The notes beneath the pieces are model-generated. The model was given only the letters and a program-made list of their open reading frames with translations. It did not search any database and was not told the DNA's origin. From Pyrinomonadaceae bacterium (GTDB lineage Bacteria > Acidobacteriota > Blastocatellia > Pyrinomonadales > Pyrinomonadaceae): DNA of 64,000 nt. The position numbers were made by a program, and so were the translations under genes. Numbering within the stretch: the first letter of the stretch is position 1; each line of letters opens with the position of its first letter. The stretch spans positions 2,960-66,959 of the forward strand of contig DASXRU010000073.1 in assembly GCA_036506395.1 (NCBI GenBank), read 5' to 3'. Positions 44,054 through 52,829 of the stretch are shown piece by piece.

Positions 44054-44326
44054 TACTCCCTCCCTCTGGGAGGGCTGGGGAGGGCCTGGCGTGTCGGCTC
44101 GGTCACAAGAAATACGCGCGGCCTCGATGGCCGCGCGTCGTTTCGATGAGGTCACTCTCACCTTGGGAGTAGAATTATCGCGCCGATATCATTTTAGGTC
44201 AGAGGATTGGGTGTACTGAGTTCAAGCATTCAAAAACGGCGCGCGGCCATCGAGGCCGCGCGTTAATGAAATGTTTGATTGATTCGCCGCAGGGCCTCCC
44301 CTTTACACCCTCCCAGAGGGAGGGGA
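44054..44326. repeat. Nested inverted repeats (CCCTCCCTCTGGGAGGG-type element and CGCGCGGCC-TCGA-TGGCCGCGCG hairpin, each present in both orientations)
   Basis: 44054-44085 is inverted relative to 44293-44326. 44116-44138 is the exact reverse complement of 44240-44262. Confidence 0.5.
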
Positions 44327-44422
44327 ATAGAAAGAAAGAAATTGAAATAGGCACTACTAATCTGAGTAATCTGCGGAAAAGCTTTTCTCTCAACGTTTTC
44401 CTGCGACGGGAAGTATATGTAA

Positions 44423-45085
44423 GTGGGAAGTAGAGAACTTTCAAATATGCCGAGCGGGGCTCGCAATATGGCTCTGGCCGTAGAAATACAGTTGCCGGTA
44501 AACGCCCTGACTCCCAATCAGACATCACTTACTCGTCTCATTGAACGCGCCGCCGCCGGCGATACCGCAGCCTTCGAGCAGATTATGATTCATTCCCAGC
44601 AGAGAGTTATGGCAATGACGTGGCGGATGTTGGGCAACGAGGCCGACGCCCGCGATGCTTCGCAGGAAGTCTTTCTGAGAGTTTACAAGTACCTGAGACG
44701 TTTCAAGCAGGACCAGGACTTCTTTGGCTGGCTGTATGGGATCACGGTTAACGTATGCCGCGACATCGCGAAGAAGCGTCAGCATCACAGCGACCGGATC
44801 ACTTCGTTTGATACTGGTAGCGGCGAAGGAGCTTATGCAGTGCCTGCTGAGCAAGCGGATGCCGAAGAGGCTTTCATGCACACACAACAGCGCGAGCTGA
44901 TCGCCAGAGCAATGGCCACGCTGCCGGACAAAGAGCGCGCGTCCATAGTGCTTCGCGACATTGAAGGACTCCCGACGGATGAAGTGGCGCGTATTTTAAA
45001 GTCCAGCTCGACAACGGTGCGTTCACAGATCAGCTCTGCCCGAAGGAAGATCAAGATTTATTGCGAGCAGTATTTGAGAAAGTAG
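44423..45085 (+). CDS. ECF-type RNA polymerase sigma-70 family factor
   Basis: Region 2 reads AAFEQIMIHSQQRVMAMTWRMLGNEADARDASQEVFLRVYKYL...FFGWLYGITVNVCRD. Region 4 reads LPDKERASIVLRDIEGLPTDEVARILKSSSTTVRSQISSARRKI. The start is ambiguous (44423, 44447 or 44468). Confidence 0.85.
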   Translation: MGSRELSNMPSGARNMALAVEIQLPVNALTPNQTSLTRLIERAAAGDTAAFEQIMIHSQQRVMAMTWRMLGNEADARDASQEVFLRVYKYLRRFKQDQDFFGWLYGITVNVCRDIAKKRQHHSDRITSFDTGSGEGAYAVPAEQADAEEAFMHTQQRELIARAMATLPDKERASIVLRDIEGLPTDEVARILKSSSTTVRSQISSARRKIKIYCEQYLRK

Positions 45086-45165
45086 GACAGACATTCCTGT
45101 CTGTCGGCAGGCTGGTTTATTAGAAGAGACAGACAGTTAGAAGAGACAGACAGGAATGTCTGTCA
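45082..45165. repeat. GACAGACA-TTCC-TGTCTGTC hairpin pair (second locus)
   Basis: 45086-45105 and 45146-45165, the latter with the loop inverted (GGAA). The 25 nt GTAGGACAGACATTCCTGTCTGTC... are identical to 29982-30006, including the TAG stop. Confidence 0.6.
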
Positions 45166-45181
45166 TACAAAGGATCGGGAA

Positions 45182-45985
45182 ATGAATTGTAAACATGTCC
45201 AGGAATTGTTACCGCTTTATGTTGGCCGCGACCTCGAAGAAAAACGCGCGCAACTGGTCACGGCGCATGTGCAATCCTGTACGGAGTGTGCCAACTCGGC
45301 AGATGAATACCGCGAGAGCCGGCAGTTGCTGCAACAGTTTGCGCCGCCGCCGTTCAACGAAGCGGTCTACACTGGAATCCGCCAGCGGGTGTTGCGCGAG
45401 ATTGGAAGGGAATCCTCAGAATCCGTCGGCTCGGCTCTGCCCAATTTCGTCGCGAGCCTGTTCCGGCCTCGCCTCAGGTGGGCTTTCGCGACTGCGCTGC
45501 TGCTCGCTGTCTCTGTGTTTGCCTTTTACTTCATCGCCAAACAGCGGAACGAGCGGCAGGAGTCGCGCGACAACCAATTGGCCGCGGCGCCTTCGCCTTC
45601 GAGGAAAGAGAACAACAGTCCGCCCTTCAAAAGCACTGGCCGGAATACGGGCGTGCACATGACGACCGCAGGGTCAGGCGATCATACTCATCAATCTCAA
45701 CGAAGAAAGACGTCCGGCCCGGCGGCCGATCGCGCGACACCCCACGCAGTGAATACGCCTGATAACCGGTCGCTAACCGCCCAGGCTTCTCCCGAGAGTA
45801 ACAATCTCGCTATAAGGGACGCTGTCCCCGCGCCCAATCCAGCCACTGCAGAGAAAACTCTGCGGGTGGAAATGCAGACGAATAACCCGAACATACGCAT
45901 CATCTGGTTCTCTACTCAACGCACTAAACAGAATTCTCCAGGTAAATCTACCAAAGCTATTCGGGAGGTAAGGTCTTATGCTTAA
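45182..45985 (+). CDS. Anti-sigma factor (zf-HC2 type) with one TM and a low-complexity periplasmic tail
   Basis: CKHVQELLPLYVGRDLEEKRAQLVTAHVQSCTECANSADEY. TM segment WAFATALLLAVSVFAFYFI. Confidence 0.75.
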   Translation: MNCKHVQELLPLYVGRDLEEKRAQLVTAHVQSCTECANSADEYRESRQLLQQFAPPPFNEAVYTGIRQRVLREIGRESSESVGSALPNFVASLFRPRLRWAFATALLLAVSVFAFYFIAKQRNERQESRDNQLAAAPSPSRKENNSPPFKSTGRNTGVHMTTAGSGDHTHQSQRRKTSGPAADRATPHAVNTPDNRSLTAQASPESNNLAIRDAVPAPNPATAEKTLRVEMQTNNPNIRIIWFSTQRTKQNSPGKSTKAIREVRSYA

Positions 45986-46796
45986 AACTATGAAGAACGT
46001 TCTGGCAGCACTTGTTCTGGTATTAATTTTCATCACTGCGTCATTCGCGCAGCAGGCGGGTACTACCACTGCAGTCAAGTCTGACGACGATTTCGTCACC
46101 GAAAAGGGTTTCAAGAGTAAGGTCTTTGACGTTAAGTATCGCGACGCGGGCAGCCTCGGCAACGTGCTGCGGCAACTCGGCAGCGGCTTCAAGGGCGCGA
46201 CGGTTTGGGCCAGCTCGGAATTCAAGACCATCACGGTGCGCGACTTTCCCGAAAATCTCGCCACCATCGAAGAAGCCCTCAAGCGGCTCGACACGCCCGC
46301 TCCGCCCCGCCCGAACATCGAGCTGCACATGCAGGTCCTGGTAGCCTCTAACACGAGCGGCAGCACGGGCGGGACAACCGCACAGGTTCCTGCCGAACTG
46401 AAAGACGTGCTCACACAACTGCGCGAAACTCTGAGCTATCGGAATTATGAGCTTGCGACATCCGTCGTGCAGCGCCTCACGGAGACGCAACGAGGGCTGC
46501 ACGGCAAGGGCATAGCAGGGAATTATTGGGCGCCAACCCCGGCTGGAAGTGTAGATGTGCAGTACGAATACTCAATTAATTCGGTCACGCTGGCCTCGAC
46601 GTCAACGGGTGCTCCGATAGTTCAGATTGGTGAGTTCGCATTCTCCACCGGGTTGACGTCCGCGGCGAGGTTGAACAATAGCACTCAGGTGCAGACGGCC
46701 CTCAACCTGCGCGATGGCGAGAAGGTCGTGGTGGGTACGGCCACCCTCGGAGACCGGGCTTTGATCATCGTTCTCAGCGCGAAGCTGGTCCCTTGA
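45978..46796 (+). CDS. Secreted secretin-N-like / mini-secretin-like protein
   Basis: Signal peptide. VFDVKYRDAGSLGNVLRQLG...KTITVRDFPENLATIEEALKRLD resembles the secretin N (short) domain. The C-terminal end (TALNLRDGEKVVVGTATLGDRALIIVLSAKLV) resembles the end of a secretin core. GGGAGG Shine-Dalgarno sequence. 8-nt overlap with the anti-sigma gene. Confidence 0.5.
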   Translation: MLKTMKNVLAALVLVLIFITASFAQQAGTTTAVKSDDDFVTEKGFKSKVFDVKYRDAGSLGNVLRQLGSGFKGATVWASSEFKTITVRDFPENLATIEEALKRLDTPAPPRPNIELHMQVLVASNTSGSTGGTTAQVPAELKDVLTQLRETLSYRNYELATSVVQRLTETQRGLHGKGIAGNYWAPTPAGSVDVQYEYSINSVTLASTSTGAPIVQIGEFAFSTGLTSAARLNNSTQVQTALNLRDGEKVVVGTATLGDRALIIVLSAKLVP

Positions 46797-46800
46797 AGGA

Positions 46801-46842
46801 GTGAGCAGTGAGCAGTAAGCAGTGAGCAGTAAGCAATGAGCG
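46801..46842. repeat. Tandem heptamer (GTGAGCA/GTAAGCA) x6
   Basis: Read directly. It starts 5 nt after the stop codon of the preceding gene. Confidence 0.8.
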
Positions 46843-46862
46843 ATTGGGAACTGGATAGACTC

Positions 46863-48296
46863 TCAATCCGCTGGCGCGATCTGATACTGCTCGAGTTTTC
46901 CGTCCGGTATTTCGTAAGTCCACGCTCGCAAAGTCTTCTGCGCAAACTTTATCCGGTACACCCGCAGCGTCATGCCTCCGCGCAAGCCCTGGCGCACCTG
47001 AGTAAACTCTTGCGGTGTCCCCAACGGCGCCAGGCCGCCGGCGAAATCTTTTAGCGCTGGGTCGCTGAAATACGCGTTAGCATTATCGGTGAAGAGCGAA
47101 CGATCGATCGTCCCCTGTTGCAGGCCCAGGAAGATCTTGCGAGCTTGCTCCGTTTTCTGCAGGGCCGCCGGATCGTCCGTCGCCAGCAACAGCGGAGCGA
47201 TGCCATGCGCAATCTCACTGGCGGCGCCGGCTGCGTCCTGGTTTGTGAGCGCCACGACAGCGACACGTTCGTCGGGGAAGACAACGTTCTCGGCGGTAAA
47301 ACCTGACACCTCGCCCCCATGCGACAAGGCACGATGCCCCGCCTCTGTGCCGACATCAACTCCCAGTCCATAGCCGGTGCCGAGACCGTTTTTGAGCAGG
47401 ACAGCTCGCTCAAATTCAGAGTAAGACAGCGGCTTCATCAGTTTCCGATCAATGATTGAGATATCCCACTTCGCGAGATCCTGCGCAGGCATCGCCAGCT
47501 CGCCAGCCGCAAAGAGCCATCCCTTACCTTCCTTGGGCGCCGGACGCAGTGGCCCGAGCGCATAACGCAGATAACCAGTCGGATCGGTGTCTCCAAGTTT
47601 TTCCTGATCGATATTTGCGACGCTCTTCATCCCGAGCGGAGTGAATACCTTCTCGCGCAGAAATCTGAGTAAAGGCATGCCGCTGGCCCTTTCAATAATG
47701 ACTCCGGCAATGACGTAATTGGTATTGCTGTACTGCCACTTGGTGCCAGGCTCGAAATCCAAAGGCTTGCGCGCCCAGATGTCCATGATCTTCTGCGCTG
47801 TGACTGGCTGAAGCATCATCGGCATTACATAGTCCTGGGGCCAATAGTCCTGATAGCCCGAGGTGTGGGAAAGCAACTGGCGGATGGTGACCTCGTTGGC
47901 GCGTGTGAGTTCCGGAAGAAACCTGGAAACCTTGTCGTCGAGCGAAAGCTTTCCCTGCTCCTGCAAAAGGAGAATCGCAGTAGCGGTGAATTGCTTGCTG
48001 ATCGATCCGATGCTATATCGCATCTCTGGAGTCGCGGGCGTTCGCGGCTCGAGGCGCGCATCGCCGTAAGCTTTGACGTAAACGATCTGGCCATCTTTCA
48101 CGATTGCCACCGACGCGCTGGGCACGCCGGTCCGGGTCAAAGCCTCCATGGCAAGCTTATCGATCTTCTCTCGCAGATCGGAGGGGAGTTGCGCCTGCGC
48201 CGTCGCGGAGATATTTGCGAAGACCAGAATGATGACAACGGCGAAGTAGTGAAGACAGGTTTGAAATCGGCGCATGAAATTCTCCTTGAAAAACAA
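46863..48296 (-). CDS. Serine hydrolase of the beta-lactamase/PBP4* family (secreted)
   Basis: Signal peptide. SxxK motif SISKQFTA, YSN motif, and a C-terminal extra domain. Confidence 0.8.
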   Translation of the reverse strand: MFFKENFMRRFQTCLHYFAVVIILVFANISATAQAQLPSDLREKIDKLAMEALTRTGVPSASVAIVKDGQIVYVKAYGDARLEPRTPATPEMRYSIGSISKQFTATAILLLQEQGKLSLDDKVSRFLPELTRANEVTIRQLLSHTSGYQDYWPQDYVMPMMLQPVTAQKIMDIWARKPLDFEPGTKWQYSNTNYVIAGVIIERASGMPLLRFLREKVFTPLGMKSVANIDQEKLGDTDPTGYLRYALGPLRPAPKEGKGWLFAAGELAMPAQDLAKWDISIIDRKLMKPLSYSEFERAVLLKNGLGTGYGLGVDVGTEAGHRALSHGGEVSGFTAENVVFPDERVAVVALTNQDAAGAASEIAHGIAPLLLATDDPAALQKTEQARKIFLGLQQGTIDRSLFTDNANAYFSDPALKDFAGGLAPLGTPQEFTQVRQGLRGGMTLRVYRIKFAQKTLRAWTYEIPDGKLEQYQIAPAD

Positions 48297-48460
48297 TCTC
48301 GAACTGGCCGTGTATTATATAGGGAGCAGGCAGTTAGCCGTGAGTATTAGACAGGCGGCAATAGACAGTCTGCAGTAGAATAAATAGTGGTGCCGAGCAG
48401 TTTGCCCGTTGGACCGCTGGTTGTACTAAGGGCGAGTGCATAGTAACCAATAAGCCTTCG

Positions 48461-49177
48461 TTAGCGGCTGGACCGCAGACGGTGGCGAATCATATTTACA
48501 GCGGTCAGACAGAACGCCAGCCAAACCAGACCTTCGGCCATAGCTCCCAACACATCGCTTAGATAATGAGCGCCCAGGTAGATGCGACTGAAGCCTACCA
48601 GCAGAATCAAGAAACTCGCCGCCACAACCGCCAACGCGCGCCGCCACGCTTTCAACTTCGACACCGCGAATGCGCCCAGCACGCCGTAGAGACAGGTGGC
48701 CATCATGGTGTGGCCGCTGGGAAACCCATAGCTTGTCAGCGTCAAAATGGGATTGTCGAAATGGGGACGCGCGCGGTGAAAGATATTTTTCAGGAGCACG
48801 TTGAGCAGCATGCCGCCGAACACAGAAAGGGCAACCGTGAGGGCCCACCTCTTATGCCGGTTCTTAACCAGGTAAAGAAACACTGCCGCGGTGATGATCG
48901 TTGTGCCGAGGGTGGCGTGAACATTAGTCACCAGAAGCAGAAATGTCGTTAGCATAGGTTTCCCGTGCGAGTTAAGCCACGTGGAAACCTGGACGTCCAC
49001 GATAGTCAGGCGGTCTGCGGTTACGACATCCTCAGCGATTGCGGCAAAAAGCCAGGTGGCGCCAATCATGATCAGGGCCCCGATGGTCAGATGGAGTCCC
49101 AAATAACCTTCAGGTGAAAGGCGCGCTTTCAGGAAAGCGATCTGTTTGGCAAAGCGTTGGCGATTTGAGGAAGTCAT
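48461..49177 (-). CDS. PAP2-family membrane phosphatase
   Basis: KNIFHRARP, PSGH and SRIYLGAHYLSDV motifs, with six TM segments. Confidence 0.8.
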   Translation of the reverse strand: MTSSNRQRFAKQIAFLKARLSPEGYLGLHLTIGALIMIGATWLFAAIAEDVVTADRLTIVDVQVSTWLNSHGKPMLTTFLLLVTNVHATLGTTIITAAVFLYLVKNRHKRWALTVALSVFGGMLLNVLLKNIFHRARPHFDNPILTLTSYGFPSGHTMMATCLYGVLGAFAVSKLKAWRRALAVVAASFLILLVGFSRIYLGAHYLSDVLGAMAEGLVWLAFCLTAVNMIRHRLRSSR

Positions 49178-49430
49178 CTTAGGCCAGGCGAAGGTTCGTG
49201 AATTATTCCATCAAGCAAATTGAGTGGAGCACCAAAGGCTTCTCAACCACCGGCAAAGAAACCAGAAGAATGGAAAGTTCTGCGCACCGGCATTCTCCGT
49301 CGAAAAAGACAGCGCCTGCAAGCCGCCTTCTCCTCTGTGTGCTGGCGCACAGACGGCCAAAACTCCCGGGTTGTAGACTATCCCGCGGGCGTTCTTAGAC
49401 AGAATTAACTGTCGAAACCAGAGCTTGCAA

Positions 49431-51128
49431 ATGCCACCCCCAAAACTAGCTACGTCAGTTGAAATCCGCGTGGTCGACGCCTTGGTCAAAGAGACCAACA
49501 CCGTCTGCGAGCCCAAGCGGACGCTGGGAGGGCTGTGGACTTCAGAAATTCGTTACCGGCGGCTCTTCGAGGCCGCACGGGACGGCATACTTATTCTTAA
49601 TGCCGCCACTCTAAAAATCACCGACGTGAATCCATTCATGACGGAGTTACTGGGTTACTCACGCGACGAGTTTTTGGGAAAGGAACTCTGGGAAATCGGT
49701 CTCTTCAGCGATAAGAAGGCGAGCCAGGATGCGTTTCGAGAGTTGCAGGCTAACGGCTATCTCCGCTATGAAAATTTGCCGCTCCAAACCATAAGCGGAA
49801 AGCTCCGGGAAGTGGAATTTGTCAGCAACGTTTATGAAGAAGACAGCCGGCAAGTTATTCAATGCAACATCCGCGACATAAGCGAACGTAAGCGAGCACA
49901 GGAAGAGCGTGGGCTGCTTTTGGAGAGCGAGCAGTCGGCGCACGCGGAGGCTGATACAGCTAACGGCATCAAGGATGAGTTTCTGGCCACGCTGTCACAT
50001 GAACTACGTACTCCTCTGACTTCCATTCTCGGCTGGTCTGAGTTGCTCAACACCGGCAATCTTGACGATGAAGCATCAACGCGTGCTCTAGAGATCATCG
50101 TGCGCAACGCCCGTGCGCAAAGACAACTCATCGACGATTTGCTCGACATTTCGCGCATTATCACGGGCAAGCTCCGGCTCGAAGTGCGACCCGTAGAACT
50201 CGCGCAAGTGATCGAGGCCGTGGTTGACGGCTTGCGCCCGGCGGCAGATGCCAGAAACATTCATCTCAAGACAGCAATTGATTCACGCATCAGTCCAATC
50301 TCCGGCGACCCCGACCGGCTCCAGCAAATTATCTGGAACCTGTTAAGCAACGCGATCAAGTTCACGCCCAAAGGCGGGCGCGTGCAAGTGCGTCTGGAAC
50401 GCATCGCCTCCCACGTCGAGATCACCATCAAGGACACAGGGCAGGGCATTGACTCGGAGCTTCTGCCCCACGTCTTCGACCGCTTTCGCCAGTCCGATTC
50501 GTCGAGCACACGAAGGCACGGCGGGCTGGGACTCGGGCTCTCCATCGTGCGCCAGTTGGTTGAGTTGCACGGCGGGATGGTTACGGCTGACAGTTCCGGT
50601 GCTGGAGAAGGCACAACCTTCAAGGTCATACTCCCCCTGATGAGCGTGCATCATGAGCTGAGTTACGCAGAGATGGCGCGTCCCCTAACCGGGAGCGCTC
50701 AGGCCGACTGGCAGCCATCGCTTGCTGATCTTCGGGTGCTCGTGGTTGATGACGAACCGGACGCGCGTGACCTTATCGCTACGGTGCTGATAGGGTGCGG
50801 CGCCGAAGTGGTCTCTGTCGAGTCAGCCGGTGACGCGCTGGAAGAAATGGGCCGACAACGATTCGACGTGCTGGTCTCGGACATCGGGATGCCCTTTATG
50901 GATGGCTATGCGCTGATCAAGAAAGTACGGCAGCTTCCGGCAGAGCGCGGTGGAAGAATTCCGGCCGCGGCATTAACGGCCTATGCTGGAGTCGAAGACC
51001 GTATTCGTGCGCTCTCGGCCGGCTACCAGATGCACATCCCAAAGCCGGTCGAGCCAGCCGAGTTGACAACCATCGTGGCAAATCTTGCCGAGCGATACGC
51101 CCCGCCTGTAGCTGAAGTCGTGCTCTAA
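49431..51128 (+). CDS. Hybrid sensor histidine kinase/response regulator with a PAS domain
   Basis: PAS (YRRLFEAARDGILILN), H-box LSHELRTPLT, GLGLGLSIVRQLV, and a C-terminal receiver (VLVVDDEPDARD...SDIGMPFMDG). Confidence 0.85.
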   Translation: MPPPKLATSVEIRVVDALVKETNTVCEPKRTLGGLWTSEIRYRRLFEAARDGILILNAATLKITDVNPFMTELLGYSRDEFLGKELWEIGLFSDKKASQDAFRELQANGYLRYENLPLQTISGKLREVEFVSNVYEEDSRQVIQCNIRDISERKRAQEERGLLLESEQSAHAEADTANGIKDEFLATLSHELRTPLTSILGWSELLNTGNLDDEASTRALEIIVRNARAQRQLIDDLLDISRIITGKLRLEVRPVELAQVIEAVVDGLRPAADARNIHLKTAIDSRISPISGDPDRLQQIIWNLLSNAIKFTPKGGRVQVRLERIASHVEITIKDTGQGIDSELLPHVFDRFRQSDSSSTRRHGGLGLGLSIVRQLVELHGGMVTADSSGAGEGTTFKVILPLMSVHHELSYAEMARPLTGSAQADWQPSLADLRVLVVDDEPDARDLIATVLIGCGAEVVSVESAGDALEEMGRQRFDVLVSDIGMPFMDGYALIKKVRQLPAERGGRIPAAALTAYAGVEDRIRALSAGYQMHIPKPVEPAELTTIVANLAERYAPPVAEVVL

Positions 51129-51760
51129 CGAAACGCGGACGATGGAGCTTCGTCGCCAGTGCCGGTTCTTTCTTCGACCGAGCCGACCTTTGTCATGCCT
51201 TTGAAGTGCCAGCAGTCCACACTCCACACCGGCAGAATGCCTTCGCGATCGACACCAGTGGTGCACCACAAAGCGGAATCGCGATACTGCTCAGGCGTCT
51301 TCAGCACTCTGCCGCCGGCGCCGTAGAGTTTGTATTTCTTCAAGCGGTCGTTGTAGAGGTTCAGCTTATCTCCACCGAGGACTTTTCTGAACGGTTCATA
51401 CTGCGCTTCTTCCGCCTCAGTCAGGTCGCCGAAAACTTTCTGGCCGGCATCGCGAACAGCAACGCACATCTCCCGGGCTTCACTAATCGTCATGTTCCCT
51501 TTATGGGTTTCGACCACCGTCGATGCAGCCAGCCCCCTGGACAACGCTTCGTCTATCTTCTCGATACATGTTTTGCCGTCTTCGAGCGCCTTCTTTCCAT
51601 CCTCCTTTGGGTAGAAGGTATCTTCGGCCTTCCAGCCTACCCAATTGGAAGCTGAACTAATGGCATCGTCGAGATCCTTTGAGATTTTTTGCGCCATTAC
51701 CACGGCGGCGCCAAACACGACCATGCACAGCAACGCTGCGATTGAGATTTTTCGGAACAT
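51125..51760 (-). CDS. Secreted hypothetical protein
   Basis: Signal peptide MFRKISIAALLCMVVFGAAVVMA. No recognisable family. Confidence 0.45.
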   Translation of the reverse strand: MFRKISIAALLCMVVFGAAVVMAQKISKDLDDAISSASNWVGWKAEDTFYPKEDGKKALEDGKTCIEKIDEALSRGLAASTVVETHKGNMTISEAREMCVAVRDAGQKVFGDLTEAEEAQYEPFRKVLGGDKLNLYNDRLKKYKLYGAGGRVLKTPEQYRDSALWCTTGVDREGILPVWSVDCWHFKGMTKVGSVEERTGTGDEAPSSAFR

Positions 51761-51868
51761 TTTGCTTTATCTCCTGGTTGGTTGTTGCGTTTTCCGTTTG
51801 ACTGAAAAGAGATGCGAGTGTCACCTATGCGAAAAATTTCCCTCACGCTTTGGTACTCCCTGGAAATC

Positions 51869-52279
51869 TCAATGACGAAGCCACAGTACCAGACCGATTA
51901 CGGCGGCAAACGGCACGAACCAGAGAGCGATGAAAACGTATCCGAGCAGATCTATAAACAGACTAAGTAGGCAGCCCGTTTCCTCTACCGGCGTCCATGC
52001 GATTGAGCTGCTCGGTCCACGCCATTGAATGTTTACATTCAACAGCGATCCCACGCCACGGCGCAGCAATGGATCAACCAGAGTCGCGTATGGAATGGTC
52101 CAAAACACCAGAAGCAATACCCCGGTCACGATGATGAAGTATTGATCGGCGCTGACCGCCTTTCTGCTCAAGAAGAACAGCAGCGGGATCATGACCATGA
52201 TGGTCAGGGCAAAGGCTGCTAGTCCGACTCCCGCACGCTTCGTCATAGCTGAAATTTCCTGTGTTATTTTGGGCTCCAT
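51869..52279 (-). CDS. Small polytopic membrane protein (hypothetical)
   Basis: Three to four hydrophobic segments. 16-nt overlap with the upstream lipoprotein gene. Confidence 0.4.
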   Translation of the reverse strand: MEPKITQEISAMTKRAGVGLAAFALTIMVMIPLLFFLSRKAVSADQYFIIVTGVLLLVFWTIPYATLVDPLLRRGVGSLLNVNIQWRGPSSSIAWTPVEETGCLLSLFIDLLGYVFIALWFVPFAAVIGLVLWLRH

Positions 52280-52728
52280 CTGGTGCCGTCTTTAAAGATC
52301 ACTTCCTTCAGCGAGCACTCGGCTTTGACTGCCGCAGGATCCAGCGCCGTCTGATCTTCGTAACTCTTGCCGTTTTCGATCGGCCGCCGGGTTGACCCAA
52401 CTATGTTCTGCCAGACAACGGTTGTGTTTTCGACGGCCTTTCCCTGGCTATCCATTTCTTTCAAGGCAAGATGCACCTCGTCGATTGGCCTGGTGGTGTT
52501 CACCTTGATCTTGTACGAGATGTTTGCCTTGTCAGACGTTATCCCGCCGTAAATGAATTCCACCGGAGCGCCGGTGGTTGTTTGAGGCGCCGCCGCTTGC
52601 GAGCCGGTGTTTGCCGGCGCTGATTGCGATCCCGCCGCCGGTTGCGGATTGGTGGTGGAGCCTGGTTGATTGTTGCCGCAAGCAGAAAGAAATACAGCGG
52701 CCAGGATCAACGCGATGCAGGTTTTCAT
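52264..52728 (-). CDS. Lipoprotein (hypothetical)
   Basis: ATG at 52728 preceded by GGAGAGG. Lipobox LSACG, followed by a Gln/Pro/Ala-rich linker. Confidence 0.5.
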   Translation of the reverse strand: MKTCIALILAAVFLSACGNNQPGSTTNPQPAAGSQSAPANTGSQAAAPQTTTGAPVEFIYGGITSDKANISYKIKVNTTRPIDEVHLALKEMDSQGKAVENTTVVWQNIVGSTRRPIENGKSYEDQTALDPAAVKAECSLKEVIFKDGTRWSPK

Positions 52729-52829
52729 TTTAGCCTCTCCTTTTTGCGAGTGAACTACGGAGGATCCAGGGGCGAACCGGTGTGTTCCCCCGGCAGTTAA
52801 CTCGCCTTGCATCACTCGTGAGCCTGGAA

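Noticed and set aside
45773-46414. 213-aa minus-strand ORF.
   Set aside because: It is antisense to the anti-sigma and mini-secretin-like genes. It has a Ser/Arg/Cys-rich composition, no motifs and no Shine-Dalgarno sequence.
51125-51128. 4-nt overlap of the convergent stop codons of the hybrid kinase and the 211-aa secreted-protein gene.
   Set aside because: The overlap is real in the sequence, but it is a trivial consequence of tight packing, and no regulatory inference is justified.
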